From the NCBI GenBank assembly GCA_963844715.1, contig CAWJPJ010000008.1, positions 736,001 to 800,000 of the forward strand: 64,000 bases of DNA, written 5' to 3'. The notes under the pieces are model-generated. The model saw nothing but the letters and a program-made list of their open reading frames with translations. It made no database searches and was not told the origin of the DNA. This DNA comes from an uncultured Phycisphaerales bacterium (lineage in GTDB: Bacteria > Planctomycetota > Phycisphaerae > Tepidisphaerales > Tepidisphaeraceae). Both the position numbers and the translations under genes were made by a program. This document shows positions 33,985-45,300 of the stretch, piece by piece; position 1 is the first letter of the stretch, and each line of letters starts with the position of its first letter.

Positions 33985-35407
33985 ATGCCTTTGTTTCAAT
34001 ATTTTCGCCATCGACCTAAGCCGACCATCGCGCCGAAGACTCCGACCGCCGTTGCCTCGGCGAAGCTCGACGCCATGGCCGAGGACGAAGACCGCCTGCC
34101 GCGACGGCCCGGGCAGTGGCTGGTTCAGATGACTCTTGCCGCGATGGTGGGCGCGATCACCGGGGTCGTGGGCGCGGCGTTCCGCCTTACCTTGAGCGAA
34201 TTGGATTTTTTGCGCGGACAGATGATCGTTTGGGCGCATCACCATGGCATCGCTCAAATCAATTGGATCATGCCGGTAGTGCTTTGCGCGATCGGGGCGG
34301 GACTCGCGTGTTATTTGACCCAAAGACTGGCCCCGCAGGGGGCCGGGAGCGGAATTCCGCGCGTCGAGGCGGTGTTGCGGAATCATCTTCATCCAGCGGC
34401 GGCTTGGATATTGCCGGTCAAATTCGTCGGCGGCGCCCTCGGCATCGGCAGCGGGCTGGCGCTGGGACGCGAAGGCCCGACCGTGCAGATGGGCGGGACC
34501 ATCGGACGGCTCGTGGGCGACGCGATGAAAAGAATTTTGGCCGAGCCGTGGACCCTCATCGCGGCCGGAGCCGGGGCGGGCCTGGCAGTCGCCTTCAACG
34601 CGCCCCTGGCGGCGACGATCTTTGTGACCGAGGAACTGTTGCATCGGTTTTCCGCCCGGGTCTTCACGGCAACACTCGTCTCGTGCATCACCGGCACCGT
34701 CGTGTTGCGATTGTGGCTTGGGAACGTCCAGGACTTCGGCGCGCCCAGGCTTGTCGAGCTGCCTTCCGACGTTCTGCCGGGGTATATCGTCCTGGGAGTT
34801 TTGGCCGGAATTTTGGGGGTCGCCTACAACGTGTCACTGATGGCGAGCATTCACCTGTCGGATCGCGCCACGCACTGGCCGCGCAGGATTGAAAGGGGCG
34901 ATCATCGGCGCCGCCACGGGACTCTTGGCGTGGTTTATCCCGAACCTCGTAGGCGGCGGAGAATCGGTCGGGCAGGCGGCGATCTCCTCCACATTTCCCT
35001 GGTCAATCCTCGGCGGATATCTCATCGTCCGATTCATCCTGATGATTTTGTCCTACTCCAGCGGAGCGCCCGGCGGAATCTTCGCCCCGTTGCTGGCCTT
35101 GGGGGCGCTCTTGGGAAGCGGGTTTTCCGCGGCGCATGCGACCTTCATGCACCACCCCCAGGACCCGGCGCCCTATGCGATCGTCGCCATGGCGGCGTGC
35201 TTCACCGCCATCGTGCGATCCCCCCTGACCGGCGTCGTCTTGCTACTCGAGATGACCGGAAGCTGGGGCTTGATTCTCCCAATGATGGCCGCCTCGATCA
35301 CCGCCTATGCGATTCCCGAACTATTGGGGAACCCGCCGATTTACGATTCGCTCCGCCAGCGCGATGAGGAGATGGAAAAGGCCCACCAGATTGCCGCACC
35401 AACTTGA
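33985..35407 (+). CDS. clcA: ClC family H+/Cl- exchange transporter (frameshift near 34885)
   Basis: GSGIP, GREGP, FNAPLA, GAPGGIFAP, PIYDSL signature motifs. Confidence 0.9.
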
Positions 35408-35463
35408 TAATCCCGGCATCAGTTGAATTATACGGACCCGAGTTGACATCCGCCCTCCTTCTT

Positions 35464-35504
35464 CTCCCTCCCCCGGTACTCCGGGGGAGGGTTGGGGGAG
35501 GGGG
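35464..35504. repeat. REP-like palindromic repeat
   Basis: CTCCCTCCCCCGGTACTCCGGGGGAGGGTTGGGGGAGGGGG between convergent genes. Confidence 0.75.
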
Positions 35505-35531
35505 CGGGCGCGCGACTCCGCACGATCCGTA

Positions 35532-35948
35532 TTAGCCCTCCACGACAACCATCCAGGCGACGCCGAACCTGTCCGTGAGCATGCCAAAGTTGGAGGAGAA
35601 AAATGTTTTGCCCAGCGGCATGCCGACTTTCCCGCCTTCGCTAAGAGCCGCGAATTTCCTTGCGGCTTCGGCGTCGCTAGGAACATTTAGGGTCAGGGAG
35701 ACCCCCGAAAAAGTCCCCTTGTTGGTGCACCGCCCGTCGGACATGAGCAGGTTCGTATCCCCGACAAGCAGGCTGGCGTGCATGACCTTCTCGAGAATTT
35801 CCTTCGGGAACTGCTGGCCGGAGGGGGGAGACTCCGGGCAATCCTTGAATCGCATGAGCCGCGTGACTTTTGCGCCGAGCGCGGCTTTGTAGAATTCAAT
35901 CGCCTCGTCGCACCGGCCGTCAAAATTCAGATAAGGTTCGATCTTCAT
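35532..35948 (-). CDS. VOC family protein (PhnB-like)
   Basis: PYLNFDGRCDEAIEFY, VMHA, DRFGVAWMV. Confidence 0.9.
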   Translation of the reverse strand: MKIEPYLNFDGRCDEAIEFYKAALGAKVTRLMRFKDCPESPPSGQQFPKEILEKVMHASLLVGDTNLLMSDGRCTNKGTFSGVSLTLNVPSDAEAARKFAALSEGGKVGMPLGKTFFSSNFGMLTDRFGVAWMVVVEG

Positions 35949-35981
35949 GATGGCTTCTCCTTGAAAAGCGATTTGATTTCC

Positions 35982-37016
35982 TCACCGGATGATTTTGTCC
36001 CCCATGCCGCCATACACAAGCCCCCGCACCATTTCCTTGGTGTAAAACTCGTGCGGGAAACCCAGGTCAATCCGGCTGGCGTCGTCGAGGGTTTTTAACT
36101 GGTCGTTGGAAAGATTCAGTTCCAGGCTGGCCAGATTGTCCTGAAGCTGGCTGATTTTCCGGGCCCCCAGAATGGCAATCACCGCGACCGGCCGATACCG
36201 CAGCCACGCGAGCGCAACCTGCGCCGGGCTCTTACCGACTTGATCCGCGACAGTTTTCACGGCCGCGACAATCCGAACCGCGCGCGATTCCTCGGGCCGG
36301 AATTCCTTCATGCCGTCACCCGACAGGCGCGCGCCATCGGCGGAGCCCTGACCGTGGTATTTGCCCGTGAGCAGCCCGCCGGAAAGGGGCGACCAGGCGG
36401 TGACGCCCAGGTTCAGGGCTTTTGCCATGGGGACCAATTCCCGCTCGACGGTTCGCTCGGCCAGTGAGTATTCGATCTGCAGCGCGACAAACGGCGACCA
36501 CCCGCGAAATTTGGCCAGCGTGTTCGCCTGCGCGATCCACCACGCCGGCGCGTCGGACACGCCCGGATGCAAAATCTTCCCCTGCCGCACCAGATCTTCA
36601 AACCCGCGCATAACTTCCTCGACCGGCGTGACCTGGTCCCAGATATGAAGCCAATAGAGATCGATAAAATCCGTCTGAAGGCGCTTCAGGCTGGCCTCCA
36701 CGGATTGGAACATATTTTTCCGGTGATTCCCGCCCGAGTTGGGGTCTTTCCCAGGCGCGCTGTTGGTGTATTTAGTCGCCAGCACGATCGAGCCGCGATG
36801 TCCGCGCATGAATTCGCCCATGAACGATTCGCTGGTGCCATTGGTATAGATATTGGCGGTGTCGATGAAATTCCCCCCGGCGTCGCGAAAGGCGTCGTAA
36901 ATCTTTCGCGATTCATCTTTGCCCGCGCCCCAACCCCAGTCTTCCCCAAAGGTCATCGTTCCAAGGCAAAGCTCAGAAACTCGCAAGCCGCTGTCGCCGA
37001 GAAGACGGTATCGCAT
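35982..37016 (-). CDS. Aldo/keto reductase
   Basis: LCLGTMTFG, IDTANIY, LATK, DLYWLH, WSPLSGG. Confidence 0.93.
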   Translation of the reverse strand: MRYRLLGDSGLRVSELCLGTMTFGEDWGWGAGKDESRKIYDAFRDAGGNFIDTANIYTNGTSESFMGEFMRGHRGSIVLATKYTNSAPGKDPNSGGNHRKNMFQSVEASLKRLQTDFIDLYWLHIWDQVTPVEEVMRGFEDLVRQGKILHPGVSDAPAWWIAQANTLAKFRGWSPFVALQIEYSLAERTVERELVPMAKALNLGVTAWSPLSGGLLTGKYHGQGSADGARLSGDGMKEFRPEESRAVRIVAAVKTVADQVGKSPAQVALAWLRYRPVAVIAILGARKISQLQDNLASLELNLSNDQLKTLDDASRIDLGFPHEFYTKEMVRGLVYGGMGDKIIR

Positions 37017-37146
37017 GGGAAGCTCCGGTTTGGGTTTTCGATTATTCGCCTGCAAACGCCGAATGGGAAATGGGAAATTTTAAATGTTGCGAAAGATGGC
37101 GGACCGCTCTTCTACAGATTCCAGTTGATAATTGCGCACCTTTTAA

Positions 37147-37222
37147 CTCCCTCCCCCGGTACGCCCGGGGGACCTCCTCTGTCCCGTTCCGCTGGTTTCG
37201 GCACGAAGGGAGGGGGCGAGGG
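37147..37222. repeat. Composite REP-like repeat
   Basis: CTCCCTCCCCCGGTACGCCCGGGGGA followed by a 23-nt core shared with 63164..63186. Confidence 0.65.
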
Positions 37223-37244
37223 CGCGGTTCAAACACGTTCCATC

Positions 37245-38093
37245 CTACTTGGGAAAATCAGCGCCCAGGGTCACGTCTTTCCATGTTTCAAACTCGGCGC
37301 GCAGAGCATCCAGCTTCGCGTTGGCCCGCTGATGCGCAATCGCTCCCAGCAGCAGATGCAGCGGCGGATTCTTCCCCGTCACAGCGTCAATAATCGCCTT
37401 GGCCGCCCGAACCGGATCGCCCGCCTGCGTCCCGTCGAATTGCTTTTGGTAATCCCGCGACTTACCGGCCGTCGGGTCGTAATCGGCCAGATGCCCGCTC
37501 GCCCACCGCAGCGAATCCCCCAGGAAATTCGTGCGGAATGGCCCAGGCTCGACGATGGTCACCCCAATTCCCAACGGCTTCAACTCCTGTGCCAGCGCTT
37601 CGGACAATCCCTCCACGGCAAACTTCGTGGCGTTGTAAATGCCCCACCCCGCGCCGCCGACAAGCCCGCCGATGGATGAGAGATTCACGATATGCCCGCT
37701 TTTCTGCCCCCGCATCCGCGGCAACACCGCCCGGGTGACGCGAATCAAACCGAAAACATTCGTCTCAAAGGTATCCTTGATCTCGCCGTCGCCCGCTTCT
37801 TCCACCGCCCCCAGAAGCCCATGCCCCGCGTTGTTGATAAGCACGTCGATTCGCCCGAACTTTTGGATGGTGGCGGCAACCGCCGATTCGATCTGCCCAG
37901 CGTCGGCCAGATCCATCGGCGTCGCATACAGCCGATCCCTCGCGTTCGGGAACGCGCTCCGCACTTTTTCCGGCGACCGCGACGTGGCGACAACATTGTC
38001 CCCGCGATTCAAAGCCGCCTGCACAAGATCGCGCCCAAAGCCCTGGGAGGTTCCCGTGATAAGCCAGGTACGTTGCGGGTTTTCTGCGGGCAT
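37245..38093 (-). CDS. Short-chain dehydrogenase/reductase
   Basis: TGTSQGFG, NNAG, YNATK motifs. Confidence 0.93.
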   Translation of the reverse strand: MPAENPQRTWLITGTSQGFGRDLVQAALNRGDNVVATSRSPEKVRSAFPNARDRLYATPMDLADAGQIESAVAATIQKFGRIDVLINNAGHGLLGAVEEAGDGEIKDTFETNVFGLIRVTRAVLPRMRGQKSGHIVNLSSIGGLVGGAGWGIYNATKFAVEGLSEALAQELKPLGIGVTIVEPGPFRTNFLGDSLRWASGHLADYDPTAGKSRDYQKQFDGTQAGDPVRAAKAIIDAVTGKNPPLHLLLGAIAHQRANAKLDALRAEFETWKDVTLGADFPK

Positions 38094-38168
38094 GGATTTA
38101 TCTCCGGTGGTCGAAGGAGAGTATTTTATAGGCTTGTCGAGAAATCTGGCACTGCAATTTGGGCGGGC

Positions 38169-38411
38169 TTATGAAAACAATTCCGTCTGCAATTCCTGGC
38201 GCGTCTTTCCAATGTGAGCGGCGACTTTTTCGAGAATTCCGCCGATGGTGCCAATGCGCAGCGATTTGTGCCGGGGTATTGTGATGTGGTGCTCGCCGTT
38301 GAGTTGAGTCGTCACCCTGATATGGGATCCCTTTTGCCGCGTGATCTGGTATCCGAATTTGGACAATGCTTTGACAAGATCATCGCCGGAGAGATCCCGA
38401 GGCAATTTCAT
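38169..38411 (-). CDS. hicA: Type II toxin HicA family (mRNA interferase)
   Basis: RQKGSH, TIPRH, LRIGT motifs. Confidence 0.85.
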   Translation of the reverse strand: MKLPRDLSGDDLVKALSKFGYQITRQKGSHIRVTTQLNGEHHITIPRHKSLRIGTIGGILEKVAAHIGKTRQELQTELFS

Positions 38412-38620
38412 ACCGTGAGGACCTCGTCGCGAACGAAGTGAAGCCGCACCAGTCGCGGCAGTTCGTCTTCAAAATGGCACTCGACCGCCTCCCGTACGTT
38501 GGCCCGGAGTTCCTCCAGCGAATCCGCCTCGGTAACGATATCGGCTCCAACGCCACGAGCGACAAATCCCCCTTCGGGCGCTTCCTCGACCACAAAAAGG
38601 ACTTCTGTGCTAACTGCCAT
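38408..38620 (-). CDS. HicB-like antitoxin (short form)
   Basis: EGGFVA..TEADSLEELRANVREAV; ATGA overlap with hicA. Confidence 0.75.
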   Translation of the reverse strand: MAVSTEVLFVVEEAPEGGFVARGVGADIVTEADSLEELRANVREAVECHFEDELPRLVRLHFVRDEVLTV

Positions 38621-38694
38621 GCATCACTCCTTTACAGCCGCAACAACGCTATCCCCAATCAGGTCGATGCGTCAAGCTTTCTCAAAGGAATGCC

Positions 38695-38868
38695 CTATTT
38701 CCTAGGTTTTTTGGCAGGCTCCGTTTTTTCATCATCATCAAACAGCATGCGCAGCGGCGGCGTATCCAGATCGTCATATTGCCCTCGCCGGACCGAGAGA
38801 ATGAAAGCCGCGACCCCCACCCCGGCCATGACGATCGCCAGCGGCAATACAATATATAATATGCTCAT
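38695..38868 (-). CDS. ccoS: cbb3-type cytochrome oxidase maturation protein
   Basis: [13 protein letters not shown] helix followed by [13 protein letters not shown]. Confidence 0.85.
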   Translation of the reverse strand: MSILYIVLPLAIVMAGVGVAAFILSVRRGQYDDLDTPPLRMLFDDDEKTEPAKKPRK

Positions 38869-38950
38869 TTGGCCCCCCGGACGCGTTGGGGACGGCTCGG
38901 GGGCGCCGCCTGACTGGAAGGAAACCAACCGGACGGTGCCAGCCAGCCTT

Positions 38951-40276
38951 TCATGATGCAGGCGGACGAGACCCGACGGTCTCCGAGTGCCGCGGTTCCT
39001 CCACTCGCATCTTGAACGATCCCGTGATCAATCGCGCCTCCCGGCTGTGCGCGAAATACTGGTAAATCCACCCGATCATGACCGAGACCCGGTTGCGAAA
39101 CCCGATCAACGTCGCCACGTGAATAAGCGACCAGAGCAGCCAGGCGAAAACCCCGCCAAACTTCCACCCGCGAATGTCCGCCACCGCGCGGTGCGTTCCG
39201 ATGGTGGCAAGAATTCCCTTGTCGACATAGTGAAACGGTTTCCGGGTCGGGAGCGCGTCGGGCGGAGCAGCCGCTTCGCGCGCGATGATTTCCGCGACGT
39301 ATCGCCCCATCTGAATCGCGGCCGGAGCGAGCCCCGGCACCGGCTTTTGCGTTCCAGAGTCTTTCACGGACGCGGCGTCCCCGAGTACAAAAACATTGCG
39401 ATGCCCCGGAACGGATAAATCCGGCTCGACAATGACCCGCCCGCCACGGTCGGTGGGAACGCCCATCGTCTTGAGCATTTTCGGCGCCGTGACCCCCGCG
39501 GCCCAGATGACGGTTCTTGCCGCAACATGCTCGTCCCCGATCGAGACGCCGTTTTCGTCGACGTTGGTCACCCGGGCGTTGAGCCGCACTTCCACGCCGA
39601 TCGATTCCAGGTCACTCTTCGCCCGATCGCTCAGGTCCGGATCGAACTGATCGAGCAGCCGTTTCCCGCCTTCGAGAAGAATGATGCGGCTGGTCCCCGT
39701 GTCGATGTGGCGGAAATCCTTTTGAATAACGTTGACCGCGATCTCCCGAAGAGCGCCCGCCATTTCCACGCCCGTCGGCCCGCCTCCAACGATGACGAAA
39801 GTCAGCTTTGCGCACTGCGCGGCATCGTCGCGCTCAAGTTCCGCCTCCTCGAACGCCAGCAATATTCGCCGGCGAATCCCCGTCGCGTCGTCAAGATCCT
39901 TCAGCCCCGGGGCGAGGGGTCCCCATTCGGCATCTTTCCCGTAATAGGAATAGGTCGCGCCGACGCAGACGGCGAGATAGTCGAACTCAACGCACGTTTC
40001 CTCGCCGCAAACCTGGCTTTTTTCCAGATCGATGCGATCGACCAGTCCCAGGGCGACCTGGACGTTGGATTTGGACCCGAATATGGCCCGGATCGGATAC
40101 GCGACATCCGCCGGCGAAAGCGCGGCGGTGGCAACCTGATAAAGCAGCGGCTGAAATAGGTGATAGTTATGCTTGTCGATCAGCGTCACATCAACCGGCG
40201 CGTGACGAAGGTGCTTGGCCAGATTCAAACCGGCAAAGCCCGCGCCGAGTATCACCACCCGCTTGTTTGCGGCCAT
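38951..40276 (-). CDS. ndh: Type II NADH dehydrogenase (NAD(P)/FAD oxidoreductase)
   Basis: [36 protein letters not shown]. Confidence 0.9.
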   Translation of the reverse strand: MAANKRVVILGAGFAGLNLAKHLRHAPVDVTLIDKHNYHLFQPLLYQVATAALSPADVAYPIRAIFGSKSNVQVALGLVDRIDLEKSQVCGEETCVEFDYLAVCVGATYSYYGKDAEWGPLAPGLKDLDDATGIRRRILLAFEEAELERDDAAQCAKLTFVIVGGGPTGVEMAGALREIAVNVIQKDFRHIDTGTSRIILLEGGKRLLDQFDPDLSDRAKSDLESIGVEVRLNARVTNVDENGVSIGDEHVAARTVIWAAGVTAPKMLKTMGVPTDRGGRVIVEPDLSVPGHRNVFVLGDAASVKDSGTQKPVPGLAPAAIQMGRYVAEIIAREAAAPPDALPTRKPFHYVDKGILATIGTHRAVADIRGWKFGGVFAWLLWSLIHVATLIGFRNRVSVMIGWIYQYFAHSREARLITGSFKMRVEEPRHSETVGSRPPAS

Positions 40277-40308
40277 AGCGAGTAGTTTAGGCGCCCAAGA
40301 CCGCCAAG

Positions 40309-41494
40309 TCAGCGCGGACTTTTTTGCCGGCGGGCGAGCCGCTGCGTCTTGCGGGTCATAAGCAGATTCGCGGAGATCAGCAGAATCGCAAAACTGCCCG
40401 GTTCGGGGACGGAGACGATGTTGTAATCCGCCACTACGGGGAGATGGTCGGATGCGCCCTGGAGGGCCTCGAGAATCGTGGACCGCTGGGAAGCGGTGAG
40501 GTCGGGGAAGACGCCGGGGTTATCCGTCGGGTAGTTCGTCACGTTCTGCTCGTACAGCGACGTGCTTCCCCCGTTGCCGAAGACCGTGTACGACCCGGTG
40601 TCATATTGGAGACCGGCGGAGCCCGATCCGGCCTCAGCGGCTGCGGAAACAAACTGAATATCGTCGCGATATTCGACGTCGGTCGCCGATTCACTCAGCA
40701 GCGGCATGATAGCCTTGGCGGCCGTGGAGCTGGTGTCGGTCCAGGATTCACCGGGATCGCCAATATCGTGAAATTGGCCGATCATCGTTTGATAGGTCTG
40801 TTCGGAGCTGCCATTGGTGATGTTGAAGTCGCCGAGGGAAACAATATGGGCACTGGAACCGAGAGACTGCGCATTCTGAGTCAGCGTGACGGCTTCGTCG
40901 TTTCGGCGGGTCGCGTCGTCCGAGTCAGTGCCGGATTTCATGTGGCTGACGTCAAGATAAAACCGGTCGCTGGTCGGCATGCCGATCGGTTGAAGCAGAT
41001 ATTGCATCGGCGCGCGGGGCGCCGCTGTCCGATGCCGTGCCGAGGGGTGTGGCGCTGATGACCTGGATGGTTTTGGTGTCGTAGATCAAACCGTTGGGGC
41101 CGCCACCGTCGCCGCCGGTGGTCGGGTCGCTCGTGGGATCAAAGGCGTAGGTGCCCGAGCCGTAGAAGGCGTTTAGGCTATTGACCATCGAAGTGGGCGT
41201 TGGAGCGCCGGAATATCCAGACGAATTGTAAAGCTCCTCCAGCCCCAACACATCGAATGGCTGGGCATTGGATGTCCCGTTATCGTTGAGATGCTCCTCC
41301 CCAATTCCCTGCAGCACCGTTTCAATATCCGACGCCTGTGAAGGGGATTCTCCCTCGTAAGACGTGGTGTCCGCGTTGACGTTCCAGGTGACAATTCGAA
41401 TCGTGTCGGCCGGCGCCGATGAACTAAAACTGAAGCACGCCCCCCACATCGCCAAGGCAACGACGCAATGCCGGCAATATTTAAGATTAACCAT
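40309..41494 (-). CDS. Secreted endonuclease/exonuclease/phosphatase (EEP) family protein with PEP-CTERM (frameshift near 41010)
   Basis: IVTWNV, LGLEE, SHMKS, LGDFN, ASDHLPVVADY, VPEP-TM-basic tail. Confidence 0.85.
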
Positions 41495-41604
41495 CGTTCC
41501 CTGTCTGACCTGGCGGAGATTAGACAATCCGCGCGCCCCTGCGAACATGGGCGTTCGAAGCGCCTCATGTTCGCAGAAGGCGGCGGTGGTTGAGATACTC
41601 CAGA

Positions 41605-42318
41605 TTAAGCGATGCGGCGCCGCCGGGTCAGCAGACCCAGAGCGCCGATTCCGAGCACGGCCAAGGAAGTCGGTTCCGGAACCGGAGCCACGACAATCGA
41701 GAACGTTTCCGGATTAGCGATCGCGCCGGTATACGCCGGGGACGTGGAATTCGGGTCCAGGTCGTACAGGCTGTTGAACGTCGTGGTGAGATCCGCGCTC
41801 TTGGTGGCCGGATAGTTTTCAGCGCCCAGCACGAAGGTATTGCTCACGTTCGTCGTGATCGTGATGCTGCCAATCTGGATATCGCCGCTGGCGTTGGGAA
41901 GCGGCCCACTTGAGGCGGCTTCGCCCACGGCGTTGGCGATGCCCTGAAACGTCGAACTGTCCTTGCCCGACGGATTGGCGAAACCGCCGCCGGCGGCGAA
42001 GTTATCGCCGTTGCTGGTGATACTTCCGGCACTGCCGGTGAGCGTTCCGGCGGCAGTGTTGCTCGTCTGGGTCACGGAGAAGGCGGCCGTAAACATGCCG
42101 TCGTCCGACGTGATCAGCGAACTGCTGCCGTTGCTGAGCTGCTCATACAGATAAATGGGGATGGTGATCGGCACCCCGGCCGTGGCGTTGTACGACGTGA
42201 CGGCGGTACCGCCGGTATACGTCGTATATTTGTAGGTGATGGCCGCTTTAGCGCTTCCCGCGGCCGCCAAAGCCGCGGCCGCCGCTGCGGTCATCATTGC
42301 TGATCTGAGGCTCTTCAT
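41605..42318 (-). CDS. PEP-CTERM sorting domain protein (Ser/Thr-rich)
   Basis: Signal peptide ending AKA; VPEPTSLAVLGIGALGLLTRRRR. Confidence 0.9.
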   Translation of the reverse strand: MKSLRSAMMTAAAAAALAAAGSAKAAITYKYTTYTGGTAVTSYNATAGVPITIPIYLYEQLSNGSSSLITSDDGMFTAAFSVTQTSNTAAGTLTGSAGSITSNGDNFAAGGGFANPSGKDSSTFQGIANAVGEAASSGPLPNASGDIQIGSITITTNVSNTFVLGAENYPATKSADLTTTFNSLYDLDPNSTSPAYTGAIANPETFSIVVAPVPEPTSLAVLGIGALGLLTRRRRIA

Positions 42319-42356
42319 TCTGTCCTCCTGAACGGAAACCTAGTGGTAAGGAAAGA

Positions 42357-42380
42357 CCTCGCCGCCACAAAGCGGCGAGG
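42357..42380 (-). terminator. Hairpin downstream of the Calx-beta gene
   Basis: CCTCGCCGC-CACAAA-GCGGCGAGG, followed by TCTTT on the minus strand. Confidence 0.55.
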
Positions 42381-42390
42381 CCAAGTGGCT

Positions 42391-45300
42391 TTAGTAGACG
42401 TAACTTACCGCGAAATCCTTGTTGAAATCACGTAGCGAGATGGCGTTGATCGTGCCCGTCCCGTTGTAGTCGAGAGCGGCGTTGTAATTCGAGTCGCCCA
42501 CCGACGACGCATAATCCCTATCGAACGTACGCAAATCGCCCGCGTTCACCGTGCCGACGCCGGTGAGATCGCCGAACAACACGTGGAAGTAGGGCGAAGT
42601 TCCCGATTCGGTCTCGTTCGAGGCGAAGATCGCCGGGGTCGACGATCCGCCGTCGAATTCGACCGTGGTCGACGTATCGGTAATGGCGGAACCGTTCAAC
42701 TTCAACTGGTAGATACCGTTGACGAAGAACCCGTTATCGTTACTGCCGGTGCGATCGAGGGCACCGCCCGGAGTGACGGACAGGCTTAGGGTTCGGGCAT
42801 CAGTGGACTGCACCGCTGTTACATCGGCGGTGACGTTGACGGGCGAGGCGCCGGTATTGATGGTTCCGTCCGCATTTAGGACTTCCTGATAAAGCGTCCA
42901 GGACCCGGCGTTGAGATCAACCGGAGCATCAAAGGTGACGCCGATGGAACCAATCGTGGACCGCTGCACCGCGCCGGTACCGACAACCGTGCTAAGCACG
43001 GTCGGCGCCGTCGGGGTCGCCTCGGTGACGCCGATGGAAAGTTCCGGAACTGCAAGCACGCCGTCAATCGTGTCGGGACTCGATGCGTTATCCACCCAGT
43101 GGGTGAAGACGGTCGAATTGCCTGGCGCCACAACGAGGCGGAACTTGTCCCCGTTGTTGAGGTCCGCGATCAGGGCGTCTTCACCAAGCTGGTTGTAATT
43201 CGCCAAAGCCAGCGAAGTGAAGCCCGTGAGCGACGAGGCCGCATTCCAGTTGACGTTACCCAGCAGATAGGCGGTTCCGAACTGCGTGCCGAAACCGTTG
43301 GGTTCCTGAGTGGTGTCGAAGAAGTGGGGATTGGCGGCTTGCGGCGAGACGGGGTCGATGTTCGACGACGAGTCGGACACAAGGTAAACATTCAGCGGGC
43401 CGCTGGCGCCCTCCGCCGGGGTGGCGTTGGTCACCTGCAGCGTGAGGTTGTCAATCGCCGTGATGGTGGCCGCCGGCGTGTAATTATTGCCGCCATCCGG
43501 GGTGTTGAAATCGAGCGCTCCGTAGCCGGCATAGCCCAGAGACGAGCTGGGTCCGGAGACTTCCAGGGTCGTTCCGGCATACGGACCGTCCGTCTGGATG
43601 GTTTCCTGATCGTCGCTGTATTCGGTGAGGGTCTCTTCATTGCTCGGCGTGTCCGCGCTATCGACGATCGTCACCGAAGTCGTTCCGTTGGTCCCAATGG
43701 TGGCGGCGACGCCCACTCCGTTCGTGCTCGGCGAAGAAAGCGTGATCGTAAACTCCTTGTCGCCGCCCTGATTGATGACGTCATCGATCGGAACGGTGAA
43801 GGTTTCACTGGTCGCGCTGGAGCCGGCGAAGCTGAGCATGCCCGACGTGGCGGTGTAGTTTTCGCCCGCCGTTGCCGAGCCGTCGCTGGTTGCGTAATCG
43901 ACGGTTGTCGTATCGTTGAGCGTCGCGCCGTCGCTGCCGCTGCGATCAACCCTAATGGTGACCGTCCCGGCGGTTTCGTTGACCGCATACGCGGCCTGAT
44001 CGAAGGCGAGCGTTTCAACCGGGGATTGGGTGTAAGTTGCTGCCAGGCCGAGGGTCGGCGTATCGGGGCCGGATTCCCCGTCCCAATCCGCCGCAAAACC
44101 GGCGCTCCCGGGCGTGACCGCCAGACGGAACGCCGTCCCGGTATTCATGTCGCTGACGATGTCGCTGGCGACGGTCGAATTAATCGACGCCGGCGTGTAG
44201 GTATCGAATCCGACCTTGTCATTATTGAAGCTGAAGGTACCCAGAAGGATTGGCGTTCCTTGCCCGTTCAGCCCGCCGACGTCGGCGGTCTCGAAGGTCA
44301 TGCCGCTGGTCGGCGTGGTGGTCTGTGAATCCTGGAGGTAGTAGACGTTGAAATCGCCGACGTGCCCGGCGTAGTTTCCGGTCGTCGCCGTGTTGTAAAT
44401 CTGCAGCGATAGGTTGTCTAAAGCGGTGACGTTCTGACCCGTTCCCGCGAATAGGCTCGGCGTGTTCGTCGGATCAAACTCGTAAACCTCGAAGGCCTGA
44501 TACTCGAATGACCCCGTTCCATTGGTGCCGCCGTTGACGTCACCATAGGTACTGTCGTATGGCCCGTCGGTTTCGATGTTAGTCGCCTCGGAGGCGGCGC
44601 CACTAAATGTGCTGGTTGTATTGGCGGAATCGATGATCGTGACGGCCGTGGTGGCGTTGCTCCCAATCGAGGCGGTGTCATCCCCTTGAGTCGGCGTATC
44701 CCCGGTCAGGGTGACAGTAAACATCTTGTTTCCGCCTTGCGGGCTGGCATCGAGAATCGGAACCGAAATCTCGGCCTGGGTTTGTCCCGACGCGAATGCG
44801 ACGGTTCCCGAGGTGGTCCCCGTGTAATTCGTACCGGAAACCGCGTTCTGACCGCCGAGCGTGGTCGCGGTGTAGTCGAGCGTGGTTGCGTCGCCGGTAA
44901 AGCCGGTCCGGAGGACGTCGACTTCGACGTTGCCCTCGGTTTCATTCACATTCACGTTCGGGTAGCCGACGTTGTAGGTTTCGGTGACGCCCCCGGCCGG
45001 TACTTCGTTCACGTCCATTTCAATTTCGGGGGTCTCGCCGGTCTGGCTGCCGTACCAATCCGCAGCGCCCCCGCTGGCGCCGGTGCCTTCGGAAACGATC
45101 GCCAAATCAATGGGAGTGCTATTGTTCGAATGATCGGCGTACTGATTGATATCGTATGCAAGCTGGCTCTCAACCGTCGAAGAAAGACCTGTAAACGTCC
45201 AATGCGAATACCCCAGAGCCAAACCCGAGGTGATCGTGAAGGTTCCGATTTCGTACGCGGAGGTCACGCCAAGACTGGCGGCGTCGTTGGTGCCCCAGTT

